A DNA stretch of 64,000 bases from Vicugna vicugna. Its lineage: Eukaryota. The notes under the pieces were generated by a model, which searched no databases, was not told the origin of the DNA, and saw only the letters and a list, made by a program, of their open reading frames with translations. The position numbers were made by a program, and so were the translations under genes. Of the stretch, positions 10,761-22,980 are shown piece after piece. Numbering within the stretch: position 1 is the first letter of the stretch; each line of letters opens with the position of its first letter. The DNA is taken from contig MU058423.1 in assembly GCA_013265495.1 (NCBI GenBank), positions 1,875,061 through 1,939,060 on the forward strand. Direction: 5' to 3'.

Positions 10761-13700
10761 AATTTTAAAATAAAAGCAACACATGGGCAAAACTTACAGA
10801 AATAAGTAAGTTAGGTAAAAACCGAGGAGCACAATTGTCCGCACATGGATTGCTCAGCTTCGTGAGAAACCACCAAACTGTCTTTCCCGTAGTGGCACCA
10901 TTTTATGTTCCCACCGGCAGTGATGGGGAGTTCTACTGCTTTGGATTCTTGGAATTGGTATTGTCAGGACATTTTGATTTGTAGTTGGAAAACCCATACT
11001 GGACTCCTGATATATAGAAATGTAAGACAATGTATTTGTGTGGTTTAAAAAAATAAATGAATGAATGAATGACTGGCCTTCCCACCCCTCTCGAGGACTA
11101 GCAGGCTACATCTTTATTATGTCTTGCAGGTAAGAAGATGGAGGCCTAGAGAGGTTAGAGGGCTGGCCTGTAAGGAAGAAGGGCTTGGACTGCCACGAGA
11201 CGCCTGGTCTGATGCGCTAAACTGTACCATGGGGTCTGGCCAGCTATGGGAAGTTCATGAGTTTGCAATGTCATGTCCTGGGCAGCTCTGCTTCTAATTC
11301 ACTCCTCCCAACCTCTGGCCACCCCTCAGGACAGCCGTACCTCTGAGCAGTGGGCCCATCCACAGCATCTGGGGTTGGGACCCACGGGGTCAGCTCATCA
11401 GGCGGGAGGGCTGTTCCAGCACGCTCCATGCCACCAGTGGCCCAGCCTGACCCAGCAGCAAACACTCCCAGACAATGAGCCTTGGAAGTCAGGCTCGGCC
11501 CCCTCCTCCGCCGGAGGTGACCCTCAAAGCCAAGAACCAAGGCACTGGTTTCTCTGTGTTTATTCACAAGATTGGGATCATTCTAACGGCATTGAAGTGC
11601 ACGCTATCAGGAAGGCTGCCCCAGACTGCACAGGGTGTTAGGACTGTTTATCCCCAGGAAGCAGGCCAAAAACTGCAAACAGCTTTCAGGAAAGCCCCGA
11701 TAAGATTTCATCACTGGTTACCCAGAGCCAGGTGGCGACGACTCCCCTTGGTCTGAATTCTTTGAGTCTGGGAACTGACCCACCAAAGTGGCTAAAACAA
11801 AATCAGGACCCAGGGACAACCTGTCCCGGATACCCAACCTTGTGACCTCCACTCAGACATGAGCAGCAACAAAGGCAACTCAGCTCGCTTTCTGAGCATC
11901 TCCTACACGCTCACACCGGACGAGATGTGGAGCTGGTGTCATCTCCACGCCCAGGGAGCCCACAGTTGGGTCAGGACAGATTGGCTCTGTATGTGGCCCT
12001 GCTGGGATCCAAAGGCACACACAGACGCCTCCTCTGCGTGAACCCGTTGGCAGGGGTGCCTGGTTTCCGCAAAGTGTATGTGTGACCATCCTGGGCTTGA
12101 ATCCTGGGCCGGCCACGTGGTGGTGTGACCTTGAACAAGTCCTTTTACTTCTCAGTGCCTCAGTTTCCTCTTCTGTGGAGACAATGACACTGAGAAGGTC
12201 ATATGAGGGTCAAAGATAACAGAGTCAAGCACTACCATTTGTTAGACCTTCTAACAGTGGTGTGACCTTGAGCATTTCACACATTCCACAGCCTCCCTCC
12301 CTCAACTGTGAAAAGTGGGATTTACAAGCTCACAGAGCTGGTGTGAATCTCAGATGTGTCCAAAGCATCAGTTCTTTTTTCATTCTATAAATCAACTGAA
12401 TTTCTCCATTGTGCCCTCAGCCCTCCAGACTGGGGGCCAAATTAAACTTAGCCATTTGTGCACAGTGCCCCCCAGAGCACAGGTGACCCTCCAGCTGGCC
12501 GAGTTTCAACAAGGTGCCTGGTGGTCCTCCCTTGTCCCTGCCTGGGCCCCTGTTTCCTCCATGTCTCATCTGAGCCAACCCAGCCTTCTGGAAACTGCCT
12601 CGGTCATGCTGCCCCAGACAGGCCACATGGCCACCCCTCTCTGGTCTTGCCACCTCCCTGGGCCACCATTGGGAAGCAGGATCCAGGTTCCTGCCACTCA
12701 AAATCTGCCTGAGCCCCCTGCCTCTGCCTTCTACAACCTCTGAGGAGCCCCAGGTTCTCCCAGGGCTTTGGGAAACGCGTCCTTCCCTGGAACCCCTCCA
12801 GGTCCCTTCTGCTTTCAGCCCTGCCCGCGCCTTCCCCGGGGCAAAGAAAGGCAGAGCTGGCTTTTCCTTTCCAGAGGAAAAGACAAAGGAGAAAATGAGA
12901 GAGTTTTTTCTTTTTTTAAATCATAAATCAGTACTTCAAAATATTATTCAGCCACACGAAAAGCCTGTATCATGTATCGTATTCTTTCTTAGTGTCAGAC
13001 ACAGTGCACTTACTCCTTTAAAAAAAAAATCTCCATTTAACAGATGAGCAGATGGGAGCTTAGAAAGCTGGATTTTCCAAGTCACTCGGCCAATAACAAA
13101 CAGAGCTGGGATTGCAACGGGGTCGGTTTGATTCTTGACGGTGTAGCCTCTCAGTTTGACCACATAACTCTCCCAGCACCAACATCCTACCGCTCAGCAA
13201 AGATGACCACACTGCGGCCACACTCGACAAGCCTCAGGCTGAAGAAGGTGAGAAGGGTCCTGGGGTCTCTAACGCAGGACAGAGGACCAGCAATCACTCA
13301 ACTGGGAGAGACCTCAGGAGGGCAGAGACCTGGAAAACATGTCAGAAGGCTGCACGACACATTTGTAAGGCCCCACCTTTCTTCCCTCCTGCCCCCAAAG
13401 TGATCCTTGTGAGTGATATACTGGCCGGTCCTCCAGCCGGGGTCAGCAGAAATTTGGGGGGAGATCAGCCCCCAGCCTCCTAACCTAGCCTCTCTTTGTT
13501 CTGCATCAAGCAATCTGAGCCCTGGGAGCCTCTGCCCAGTGCCTCAGGGAACTGTCAGGTCCCCTGGGGGAAGAGTGGGTTTGGAGATCCCACCTTCCGA
13601 CCCTGCACACCCAGGAGAGCACATTGCTAGTTAAGTTATGGGAAACAGCAGTGGGGAAGCCCATTCCAGCTTCCTGCACAGGGTGGGAGAGAGCACGTGG

Positions 13701-13860
13701 GGACGAGTGGAGGCAACCCCCCAGCTCCGATACCAGCTACAGGCCACTGGCAAACCAGGTCTCTAGATCACTGCGTCACACCTCCTGAGACCTTGTTTTG
13801 CTTTATAGTTTTTAGGAATCACTAAACAGTTAGGGAGGAGGATGTGGTCAAAAATTAAGT

Positions 13861-14023
13861 AACAATATTGTATTGATGTCAATTTCCTGGCTTTGATATT
13901 TGAACTATCTAGATTTTAATAATTATAAGAAAATATCCTTGATTTGGGGAGATATACTGAAGTAAAGGAGTATTGTGTCTGCAACTTACTTTCCAACAGA
14001 TCAGAAAATATATATATATGTGT

Positions 14024-14057
<34 letters not shown>

Positions 14058-14186
14058 TTAGAGACAAAAAGAATAAAGCAGGTGTGGTCAGGTGTCAGCC
14101 TTTGGGATATCTGGGTGAAGCTATCAGGAATTCTTTTAACTATTTCTATAAATTTGAGATTATTTTAAATTTAAAAGGTTTTAAAG
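13861..14186 (+). mobile_element. Old L1 (L1M-type) 3' fragment with a (TA)n tract at about 14008-14057
   Basis: Degenerate L1 3'UTR motifs (tgtgtctgcaacttactttc; tctgggtgaag...ttctataaatttgagattattt). Confidence 0.6.
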
Positions 14187-14704
14187 ATGAGATCATCCAA
14201 AGACCTCTCCAAATAAATTCCATATTTATAAATGACATTCAGCACATCCAGAAGGAAGAAGATGGAAACCAAACAGCAACAGAGCTGGCTACTCAGTGCC
14301 CAGGGCTCTGCTCCAGAGGAAAGCCATTCAGCTAAGGCTGCAGGAAGTGGGTCTGGCAGCCTGGTTCTAAACCTCATTTGGGGCTGTTTTTCAAGTAGGG
14401 AGTTGAAAAGAGGAGGAAAAGTGAGATGGAAGAGAAGAAAGGGATAGGACGTTTCTCTGGTAGAAATCAAGTCCCTTCCAACTGTGCCTTCAGCTTCACA
14501 AGATGTCTGCCCATCATGACCGGACAAAGCGGTGCTAAAAGGGGACAATAAAGGTGGACATGGAGAACACAAGGCCACTGCAGGCACTGGAACAGCATCA
14601 CTGTCACGCATCTTGAGCTCATGAATGTTTGCTTTGTGAATACAGTTTTAAAGAGTAACTAAATTTTTGGGAAGGAGAACTTGATCCAAAATTTCAGTTT
14701 CAAA

Positions 14705-15846
14705 AGCTTCGTGACATTGGATTTGACAATGATTTCTTGGATATGATGCCAAAAGCACAGGTAAACAGATAAATTAGACTACAACAAAACAAAAAAACTT
14801 TTTGTATTAGGGCACTGCCAGCAGAGTGAAGATGCAATCCATGGAATGGGAGAAAATATTTGCATACCAAATGTCTGATAAGGGGTTAACTTGCAGAGTA
14901 TATAAAGAATTCCTGCAACTAAACAAAACACACACACACAAAAACAAGTAATCAGATTACAAAATGGGCAAAGGACGTGAAGAGATATTTCTCCAGAGAA
15001 GATGTACAAATGGACCAGAAAACAAATGAAAATACGCTCAACATCATTAATCATTAGGGAAATGCAAATCAAACCACAATGAGATGTCCGCTCACCCAGT
15101 ACCCAGAAGGATGGCTGCTATCAAATAAACAAAAGAAAAGAAGAGAAAAGAACAAATGCTGGCAATGATACAGAGAAATTGGAATGCTTGAGTATTGCTG
15201 GCAAGAATGTAAAATGATGCAGCCACTATGGAAATCAGTGTGGCGATTCCTCAAAAAATTAAACACAGAATTACCATATGATCCAGCAATTTCACTTCTG
15301 AGTATATACCCAAAATAATTGAAAGAAAAATCTCAAAAAGATGTTTCTGCACTCACGTTCACAGCAGCATTATTCACAGTAACCAAAAGGTGGAACCAAC
15401 CTAAGCTTCTATCTGTAGATGGATACGTGGATAAACACAATGTGATATATACAAACAATGGAATATTACTCAGCCTTAAAAAGGAAGGAAATCTTGACAC
15501 ATGACATATGGATGAATCTTGAGGATATCATGACAAGTGAAATAAGCCAATCTCAAAAGGACAAATATTGTATAATTTCCACTTATAGGGGGTACTTAGA
15601 GTGGTCAGATTCACAAAGACAGAAATTAGAATGGGAGTTGCCAGGATCTGGGGGGAGGAGAGAAATGGGGAGTTATTGTTTAATGGGTATAGACTTTTCA
15701 GCTTTGCAAGATGAAAAGAGTTCTGGAGATGGGTGGTAGTGATGCCTGCACAGCAATGTGAATCTACTTAACGTCACCGAAATGTACGCTTAAAATGGCT
15801 AAAATGGTAACTTTCATGTTATGTATATTTTCCCACAATAAAAAAA
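14705..15846 (+). mobile_element. L1 (L1MB-like) ORF2 3' end plus 3'UTR, decayed
   Basis: catcattaatcattagggaaatgcaaatcaaaccacaatgaga...gttctggagatgggtggtagtgatg...ttcccacaataaaaaaa; multiple stops and frameshifts. Confidence 0.9.
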
Positions 15847-16534
15847 TTAAAGTTTACTTGTAAATAAAGAGAAATACACTCTTGTGAACCAAATATAAAA
15901 AGTAACATACTTCTCTTTAAAACTCACAATATAAAAGATGGACAACTTCACATGTTACATCTTCTCTCTGAACGTCTGGAAGACTAACCCCTCCCTGGCA
16001 TGGTTCCCCAGGGACCTGCACCACCGTGAAAAGGGAAGGGCCCAGAGTCTGAGTCACTGGAGTTTCCAGTACTGGAGGAGACCTTAGCAGTGTCTATGAC
16101 ACAGCCCTCAGTCCCTGAGCACCCGCTGTATGTCAGTCAGGTACCCCAGATTTGCCCTTTGTCATGTGATCGCCACTCCTCCCAGCCTTATGGTCCTCAT
16201 CTGCAAGCATCTTCCACCTCGTGGGGTTTCTGTGATGATCAGTGAGGCCGTGTAAGGTTGGCATTCAATAAATGCAAGCTCTTGTCATTATTCCCTCACT
16301 TCTAATCACCACCAAAAACATACAGTGGATATCATCACTCATATTTTATAAAGGAGAAAAATAAACCTTAATGAGATTAAGTCACATACCCAGCTCCTGG
16401 ATCAGAATATGGTGGTGCCAGAACTTCAATACAGGACCACTTTGACTCCAAAACCTGCAATCTTTCTACTCCACCCAGCTTGGCCCTCACTTAATAGATG
16501 AGAAAGCTGATGATTAGCAACACTAGGTAAGACG

Positions 16535-16864
16535 AGAGCTCTCAGATGCCCACAGGGACCAGGCAGGTGATGCAGAAGAGTAAGGGAGACAGTGCGAGGA
16601 AAAATGATCTTCTGGAGATTCTACCAAAGAGTCCCTGTTTTGACCAAATTACAGGTTAAGCATGGAACATAGTATGAGCCTCTGTGATACTGGGGTTTGT
16701 GTTTCCAATTCTAATTTTTAAAGTAAATGTCAAAAAAATAGAAATACACAATTAATTTAATTCCCTTCCAAAAATTTTACCCATGACGCATGCCAACATG
16801 ATGTAGACCAAGCAAATTGTCTGCAGGTCTGATGCAAAGCCCAGCCACCTGGTGGCCGCTCTGA
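16535..16864. mobile_element. Possible MER102-like hAT-Charlie relic
   Basis: Ends resemble MER102 (ctcagatgcccacagggaccaggcaggt ... aaattgtctgcagg...ctctg); recalled similarity only. Confidence 0.4.
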
Positions 16865-19800
16865 GGCAGGTGTGGTGGACACCCCAACAACCGATGGGTT
16901 CAGGTGTGTCTGAACTACCACCAACAGTCGACTGCCACAACTCCCAGCTAGCGCCACTGTGGGGACCCAATCCAGGGACTCCAGGACTTCCCATTTTCTA
17001 AGAAATACAGGAAATGCGGCTTTGGGGGTAATATACCAACTTTTAAATAAAGGCAACTCTTTATTTTTACTCTGTGCAGACGAAATCAGACAGGCCTGCA
17101 GGCAAGCCCCCCGCCCAGTGTTGGTCTCCAGGATGAGGCACTTCACTCACTGGCAGAGCCCAGAAGACTCTGACTCCCAGGCCACGATGGAAACAATCAG
17201 TGGCTTCTCCATCCTGGAACAGCTCAGAGCTGGATCAGGAGGCATAGAGGAGACAGGATGGGCTGAAAGAGGGAAGTGCAGATTCTGCCCAAATCTGGCA
17301 GAATCCACCTGAAGGGGCAGGACTACAGAGAATCCGACTTCAGAGCTCACTTCTTTTCTTCTGTCACTCAGATCTTTGCCTGAAGCTACCCTAGAGGATT
17401 TTTGGTAACCCCTCCTCAATGGGAGGACTGCACAATTTCTGGCCACACTAATTAAAAAGGATTTTTCCCTCCGAGATGAATGTGTGTTAAAAATATCAAA
17501 TATTAATCACTGGCAACATTAATTTATAATAATGCTTGTCTCCCTCTCAGCTTCCAAGTCGACATCTGGCATGACTGCTTTGAAACTGACACCCACTCCA
17601 TCGCGGGAATTATAAATAGCCCGAGTTAAAATCTTCACCTTGAACTGAACAGACTGACTCCATGGGGTGGTTTATGGAACAAAGGGGGCTACACTGGGCA
17701 CTAAAGTCCTGGGTGGGGCTATTTGGGGTGGTGTTAAAAAAAAAAAGACGGCAGTCATGGACTGGGAGGGAAGGTCTCTGAGTGGCTCCAACCTGCTTCC
17801 TCCCTAAAGGCAGGGGACGAAGCCTCACTCCCACCTGGCCCGTTTCACGACGGGTCAGAGGAAGGAGTGGGCACAGGCTGTTTCATTCCACCCTGACTAA
17901 GTTCACCGTCTAGTTTCTATACTTGCTCTTTGGTGATTGATTGGTGCAGACACCATCCTTTATTGAAGGGAGACAGAACATATTTTATGTAAACAGGAGG
18001 AAAATTCATCTGTCAGACTCCAGAGCATGGTCAGTGCCCGGGCTCATGCAGTAATCAGAGTTCACGTTCACTATGCCCAGGTTTTACACCATCTCCTTCC
18101 AGCCCCCAGCAACCCTGTGGGGGAAGTCCTAGTGGGAAAATCCTTTCACCCGGGAGGAAATTGAGGTTAAAGAAGCTGCTCCCCTGGGGTCCTCCAGCTA
18201 GTAAGCGGTGGGCAGAGTCAGGACCAAATCGAGAGCAGGGAGTCGCTGGGGTCTCCTTGCTTAATCCCTTTCCAATGTATTTCAAGCTACTAAAACCCCA
18301 GCTTTCCAGGCCTCCCTTTCCAGGAATTCAGATCCAGCAGCTCTGGGATAGAGCACAGGACTCTGGGTACCTAACAAGTATCCCCAGGTGATGCCCACCA
18401 GCAGGGAGGATAAGGTCAGCACTGCTGTGGGGGTACACTCATGACAACCCCAGTGAGGCGGCAGGAGTTACTGTCCCCCCATATCAGAGGCACAGATTCT
18501 GATCCCTCAGGGAGCTGAGCTGAGAATCTGAACCTTTGGTCACTGTGCCACCAGGAGGAACTGGACCACTAAACAGAAGGGCAGGGAGAGGACTGAGCAC
18601 CCCATAGAGGGGAGAAGGCAGCTGGGAGATGGGGAGGGCAGTGTCAGAGAAGGAGGGTGGGAGATGCTGGGGGGCTGCATATTGCCCGATTTCTGATTGT
18701 CCCGAGCTCCCCGAGGGCTCAAGGTATCTCTGGGGCAACCAGCGAAGGCCCTCCTGGCCCACAGCTTTGCAGTCTCCGTGAGTCTCCCACAGCCCAGGGC
18801 TCCTAGGAGGGTGCAGGCTGCCCCGGTGTGTGGTGGCCACAGGCAGCCTTTCCACGATCAGAGGTGCTCACAGGCCCTAAGTAGAGGAAGGAAGGACTAG
18901 CCTGAGAGCAGACCACAGGCAGAGGGCCACTCAGTGACCTCACAGCTGCCCGGGAGTCAGTTAGGGCCCTGGAGCCCGCCGGGTCCACCCTGCACTCTGA
19001 CAGCCAAATCCTTCTAAGAGCTTGGTTCCCAGAGTCAATGCCGGGTTCCTCCCTTTGATCCCACTTTACAGAGCCTCACCTGGGCCCTTTCTCAGGGTCC
19101 CTCCCTGGAGGCTAGTGAGAGCGCCTATGGCCGTCCCGACCGACCGAGGGCTCTCAGATGTTTGATGGGCCTGGCCTCACCTGGGAGTGAGCTGCGGGCT
19201 GCCTCTGCCCGGGGTCTCCTTGCCAAGAGACCCACCCCAGCAGGCTCCAGGGGTGGGACAGCCCTAAGCCGAGGGGCCTGGGCCCCATTTCTGCTGCCCT
19301 GGCTCCCTAACACCCCCTGCTGACACCAAGCATCCCATTTGATGGCTCCATCTGGGTCTCTCCTCAGCTGGACCCCAGATGGGGGCCTGGAGCATGGGTA
19401 GGACACGTGTTTGCCTCCTGGTGGGGCCTCAGGGCAGCCAGTGCCGCCTCCTCACCTGCACGGCTCTCAGCATCCAGGTGGGGGCCCAGCTGGTGGCTTT
19501 CAAGTGAGCGGAAATTACAGCCCCTCGGGGGGCCTCCCCTCTCTCCTCCACAGTCGCCCCTCTCTTTGTGTTCCTCTTCCCCCTTTGCCGCTTCAGTGAC
19601 TGAGGTTTTCCCCGGAACAGCCACACTCACTTTGAAACCTAACTCTGGAAGGACGCAGACCCAGGCCCAGCCCCCACCCTCCTTCTCCCTGACTTCTCTC
19701 CTATCTTGCCTGCCCTTGTTTTAATATTAAGACCACACTCTAACTGCACTGGAGCTTTTCCTAATGGAAACTAGTTTCTCTGTCCCCGGGGGCGGGGGGA

Positions 19801-20701
19801 GGGGAATTTCCATTATATGTTTATTTCCTCCAGGGGTTGAGGTGACGGGGTAGGGCAGTGTTTCTCTGGGGGTGGAGGTGCAGGGACCGCCTGCCTCAGT
19901 CACGGCTGGAGGGGGGCTTGTTAATGGCCCAGCAGAACCTGAGTCTCTTGAGGTAACCCAGGAATCCGCATTTTAGCATCATCCTTTGGGCTTTCATGTA
20001 CACGGAAGTTTGGGAAACGCAGGTCTACAGGATAAATGACATTTCCTAGCACTGGGGGCGGGCAGCCTCCAGCTACAGCCATGCCTGTCTCAGGGGACCC
20101 ACATGCTTTGGCAGGTTTAATCTGAACACAATCTGAGAAGAGCCAGGAGAGAATTCAGAGCCCACTCTCCTTATGCTTTTTCTAGGGGAAAAAAAAATTG
20201 AATAACGCAGTATTAAGATCATAGCCCATATTGAGCAAACATTCCATTTTACTTGGAAACAGTGAGTCATGTGTTTCAGCAAGGCATTAAGAAGCTCTTA
20301 GATAAGATTCGTGTATCTGTTTCCCAAAAGGAATGTCACTGAGTTTTGCCTACATAAACCTGTGCTTCTAAACTTCTTAATAATAATGGCGCACAATCTG
20401 GACAAACTGGGATTTCTTCCTACCACGTTCGAATTCTGGGAAAGTGAAGTGCGTTTAAGAACAGATTTTTGTTTCTTCTTGGCAGTTTTATTCGTTTGCC
20501 CCACTGAGGCGAGACCCCAGGTGACGCTGGCTTAGTGAGCCGGGCAGACAGATCCCAGGGCTGACGGTCCAAGACGTCTTCATAGATAAACAAAGCAAGT
20601 ATAAAACATTCCCATGGTGCTTCCACATGCCAGGGCCATCCTTAGCACTTTGCATGCACTAACATTTAGTCCTCACTGCAACCCTGAGAGGTAGGTACTA
20701 T

Positions 20702-21331
20702 TGTTACCGAACCAAACTTGGCTCTTCTTGCCCATGCACAGTAAAGCTGACTGACACCGGGTCGTGGTGAAGGAAGGTGCAGCGTGTGTTGCAGGGCGCC
20801 AAGCAAGGAGTCCAGGAAGCTAAGGCTCAAACTCCTCCCCGGTGGCTTTCAGGGAAGGCTTTTTAAAGACAGAGTGAAGGAGGGGGTTGCGGGTTACGGG
20901 ATTAGCTCATGGACCTTCTTCTGATTGGCTGGTGGTGAGGTATTCCGGAGTCAACATTGTCAACCCTCAGGTTCCATCTGGTCTGGGGTCTCCGTGCTTG
21001 TGGGCAACGTACAGATAACTTCTTCCACCCAGTGGGGGTTTCAATATCTGAAAAACAGCTCAAAGGACATGGCTCGGGACATTATCTATAGCCCCTAAGG
21101 AAGAACTAAAAGTCCCTGGCTTTGTTTAACGGCTGAACTCTCATTATTTTGTCTTGCTTGACTGTTTTCCTTTGTTTCTGCATTTTCTCACATCTCTGAT
21201 TAACTGTATTCTTTGGAACTCAGGGAAGACCTAGGAGGCTAGGATTTTTTCTACAAACAAGAGGCAGGCAGAGGACGGGGGGGCAGGGGGGTCTGCCCCG
21301 GGAAGGCCCCACAGGGTCCTACTTGGTTACA
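20702..21331 (-). mobile_element. Solo ERV1-type LTR inserted in a MIR
   Basis: TGTTACC...GGTTACA termini, 630 bp, 4-bp TSD ctat/ttat; MIR halves on both sides. Confidence 0.75.
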
Positions 21332-21339
21332 TTATTATT

Positions 21340-21380
<41 letters not shown>
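21332..21380. repeat. (TAT)n(TGT)n compound microsatellite
   Basis: Direct reading. Confidence 0.9.
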
Positions 21381-22727
21381 CATCATTTTATAGATGGGGA
21401 AACTTAGATAGACAGGTTTAGTAACTTGCCCACAGTCCCTATCTTATAAGCACCCCGCCCAGGGTTCAAATTGGCACTGTCTGTGCTGTTAACCACTGTG
21501 CTAACCCAGTAGCAAAGGAACTTTGCTGCTAATGAGATTTGCCAGACAAGCAAAATGACAAGAAAACGTCAAGCTGCCACTCGACATACTTGTTTACTTG
21601 GCCTTTGGGGCTTAGTTTCGTGACAGAATCTCACGGGCTCGTCTATGACTGGTCTCCGTCAGAGCTGTGCCCACGGTTTCTTACTCATCAGCGTTGCTCT
21701 CAGCTTGGACACAGTTAATCCTCCTTACTAAGCCTCAGCCCCGAAATAAACGCCCCTCCGTCCTCGCTGGGCTGGGAGTTTTCTCCTGCCCCAGGATGAG
21801 GCGAGATGCTGCGGGGGCTCTGATCCCTTTTCAAAACCACACCCATGTTTTTCCTCCAAGTTGCACTAATATTTAAATGAAACAAATGTCCTTATGGCCC
21901 ATGGGCAGCCAAGCCAAGTAGGGAGCCAAGTAGGCAAGAAAGAATCTTCTGGATGCAGGGCCATAAATTGCACCCCTCCCGCAGCCTGGGCCCAGGGGTC
22001 CTCCTGAGGCCCACACACTGTTATCTCAGGCTGGTGACCAGTTGCAAGCTCCCATGGGGCCCTTTCCTTATAAACTTTGAATGGAAGGCCTCAGTGGCAG
22101 CTTACAGAGGTCAAGAGGGACCTCAGGGGGCCGAAGGGGAAGCTGAGTCTTTGCCCACCCCAAAGTTGTTCTCCACAGTGACTCTATGGCTTTGCACTTC
22201 TGAGGCTGGGGACACCTCCGACCAGGGCTGGAACCAGGAGTGGGTCCTATTTCACCCTTATTTCTACTCAGGGCCAGCGCCCCAGAGTCTCCGGCCTCTG
22301 GCTGTGCATTGTTCCAGCCCCAGCACCCACCATTCAACCCTGGGGACTCAGACACTGCCCTTCCTTCTCCCACAGTAGAGGCTGACCCAGACATGGGTGC
22401 TTCCTAAGAGCAAGAGCCTACTCGGGCCTGAGCTGTGTCCCAGGTGACTCTAAGTTGATGGATGTGGGTGGAGGTGGGGGATGCATTTGAGTTGATCTGA
22501 AGAATGTCTCAAAGCCACCAGACATCAGAGGGAAGCAGAGCATTCCCCACAGAGGGGACAGCCTGGGCAAAGACACACGTGGCATCCTCCCCAAACTGAG
22601 ATGGCCCGGAAGCCGGGAAGCCTGGTGGGAGAAGCAGAGAAATGCTGGCAGGGCTGGACCACAAGGGGCTTTCTGCTTCCTGCCAGGGCTTGGCTATCTC
22701 CCTGGGAGCTGAGAAGCCATTGGAGAA

Positions 22728-22980
22728 TTTTTTTTAATTGAAGTATAGTCGATTTACATCCTTTTCATATTCTTTTTCATTATAGGCTATTACAAGGTAT
22801 TGAATAGAGTTCCCTGTGCTATACAGTAGGATTTTGCTGTTTATCCATTTTATACATAGTAGTATTGCAAATCCCAAACTCCCAGTTTATTCCTCCAGCC
22901 CCCTTCCCCTCCCCTTACCCACCCCCAGTAACCACAGGTTTGTTTTCTATGTCTGTGAGTCTGTTTCGGTTTTGTAAATA
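22728..22980 (-). mobile_element. 5'-truncated L1 3' end with TSD, inserted into an older L2-like element
   Basis: Poly-T then L1 3'UTR reverse complement; flanking AAGCCATTGGAGAATTTT / AAGCTATTGGAGAATTTT. Confidence 0.8.

Noticed and set aside
12126..12275. Two TGACCTTGA (SF-1-like) motifs
   Set aside because: Both lie within the MIR core consensus (gtgtgaccttg), so they are expected by descent
14779..15739. ORFs resembling reverse transcriptase/ORF2 (also 47981-49014)
   Set aside because: Decayed L1 relics with stops and frameshifts; not functional
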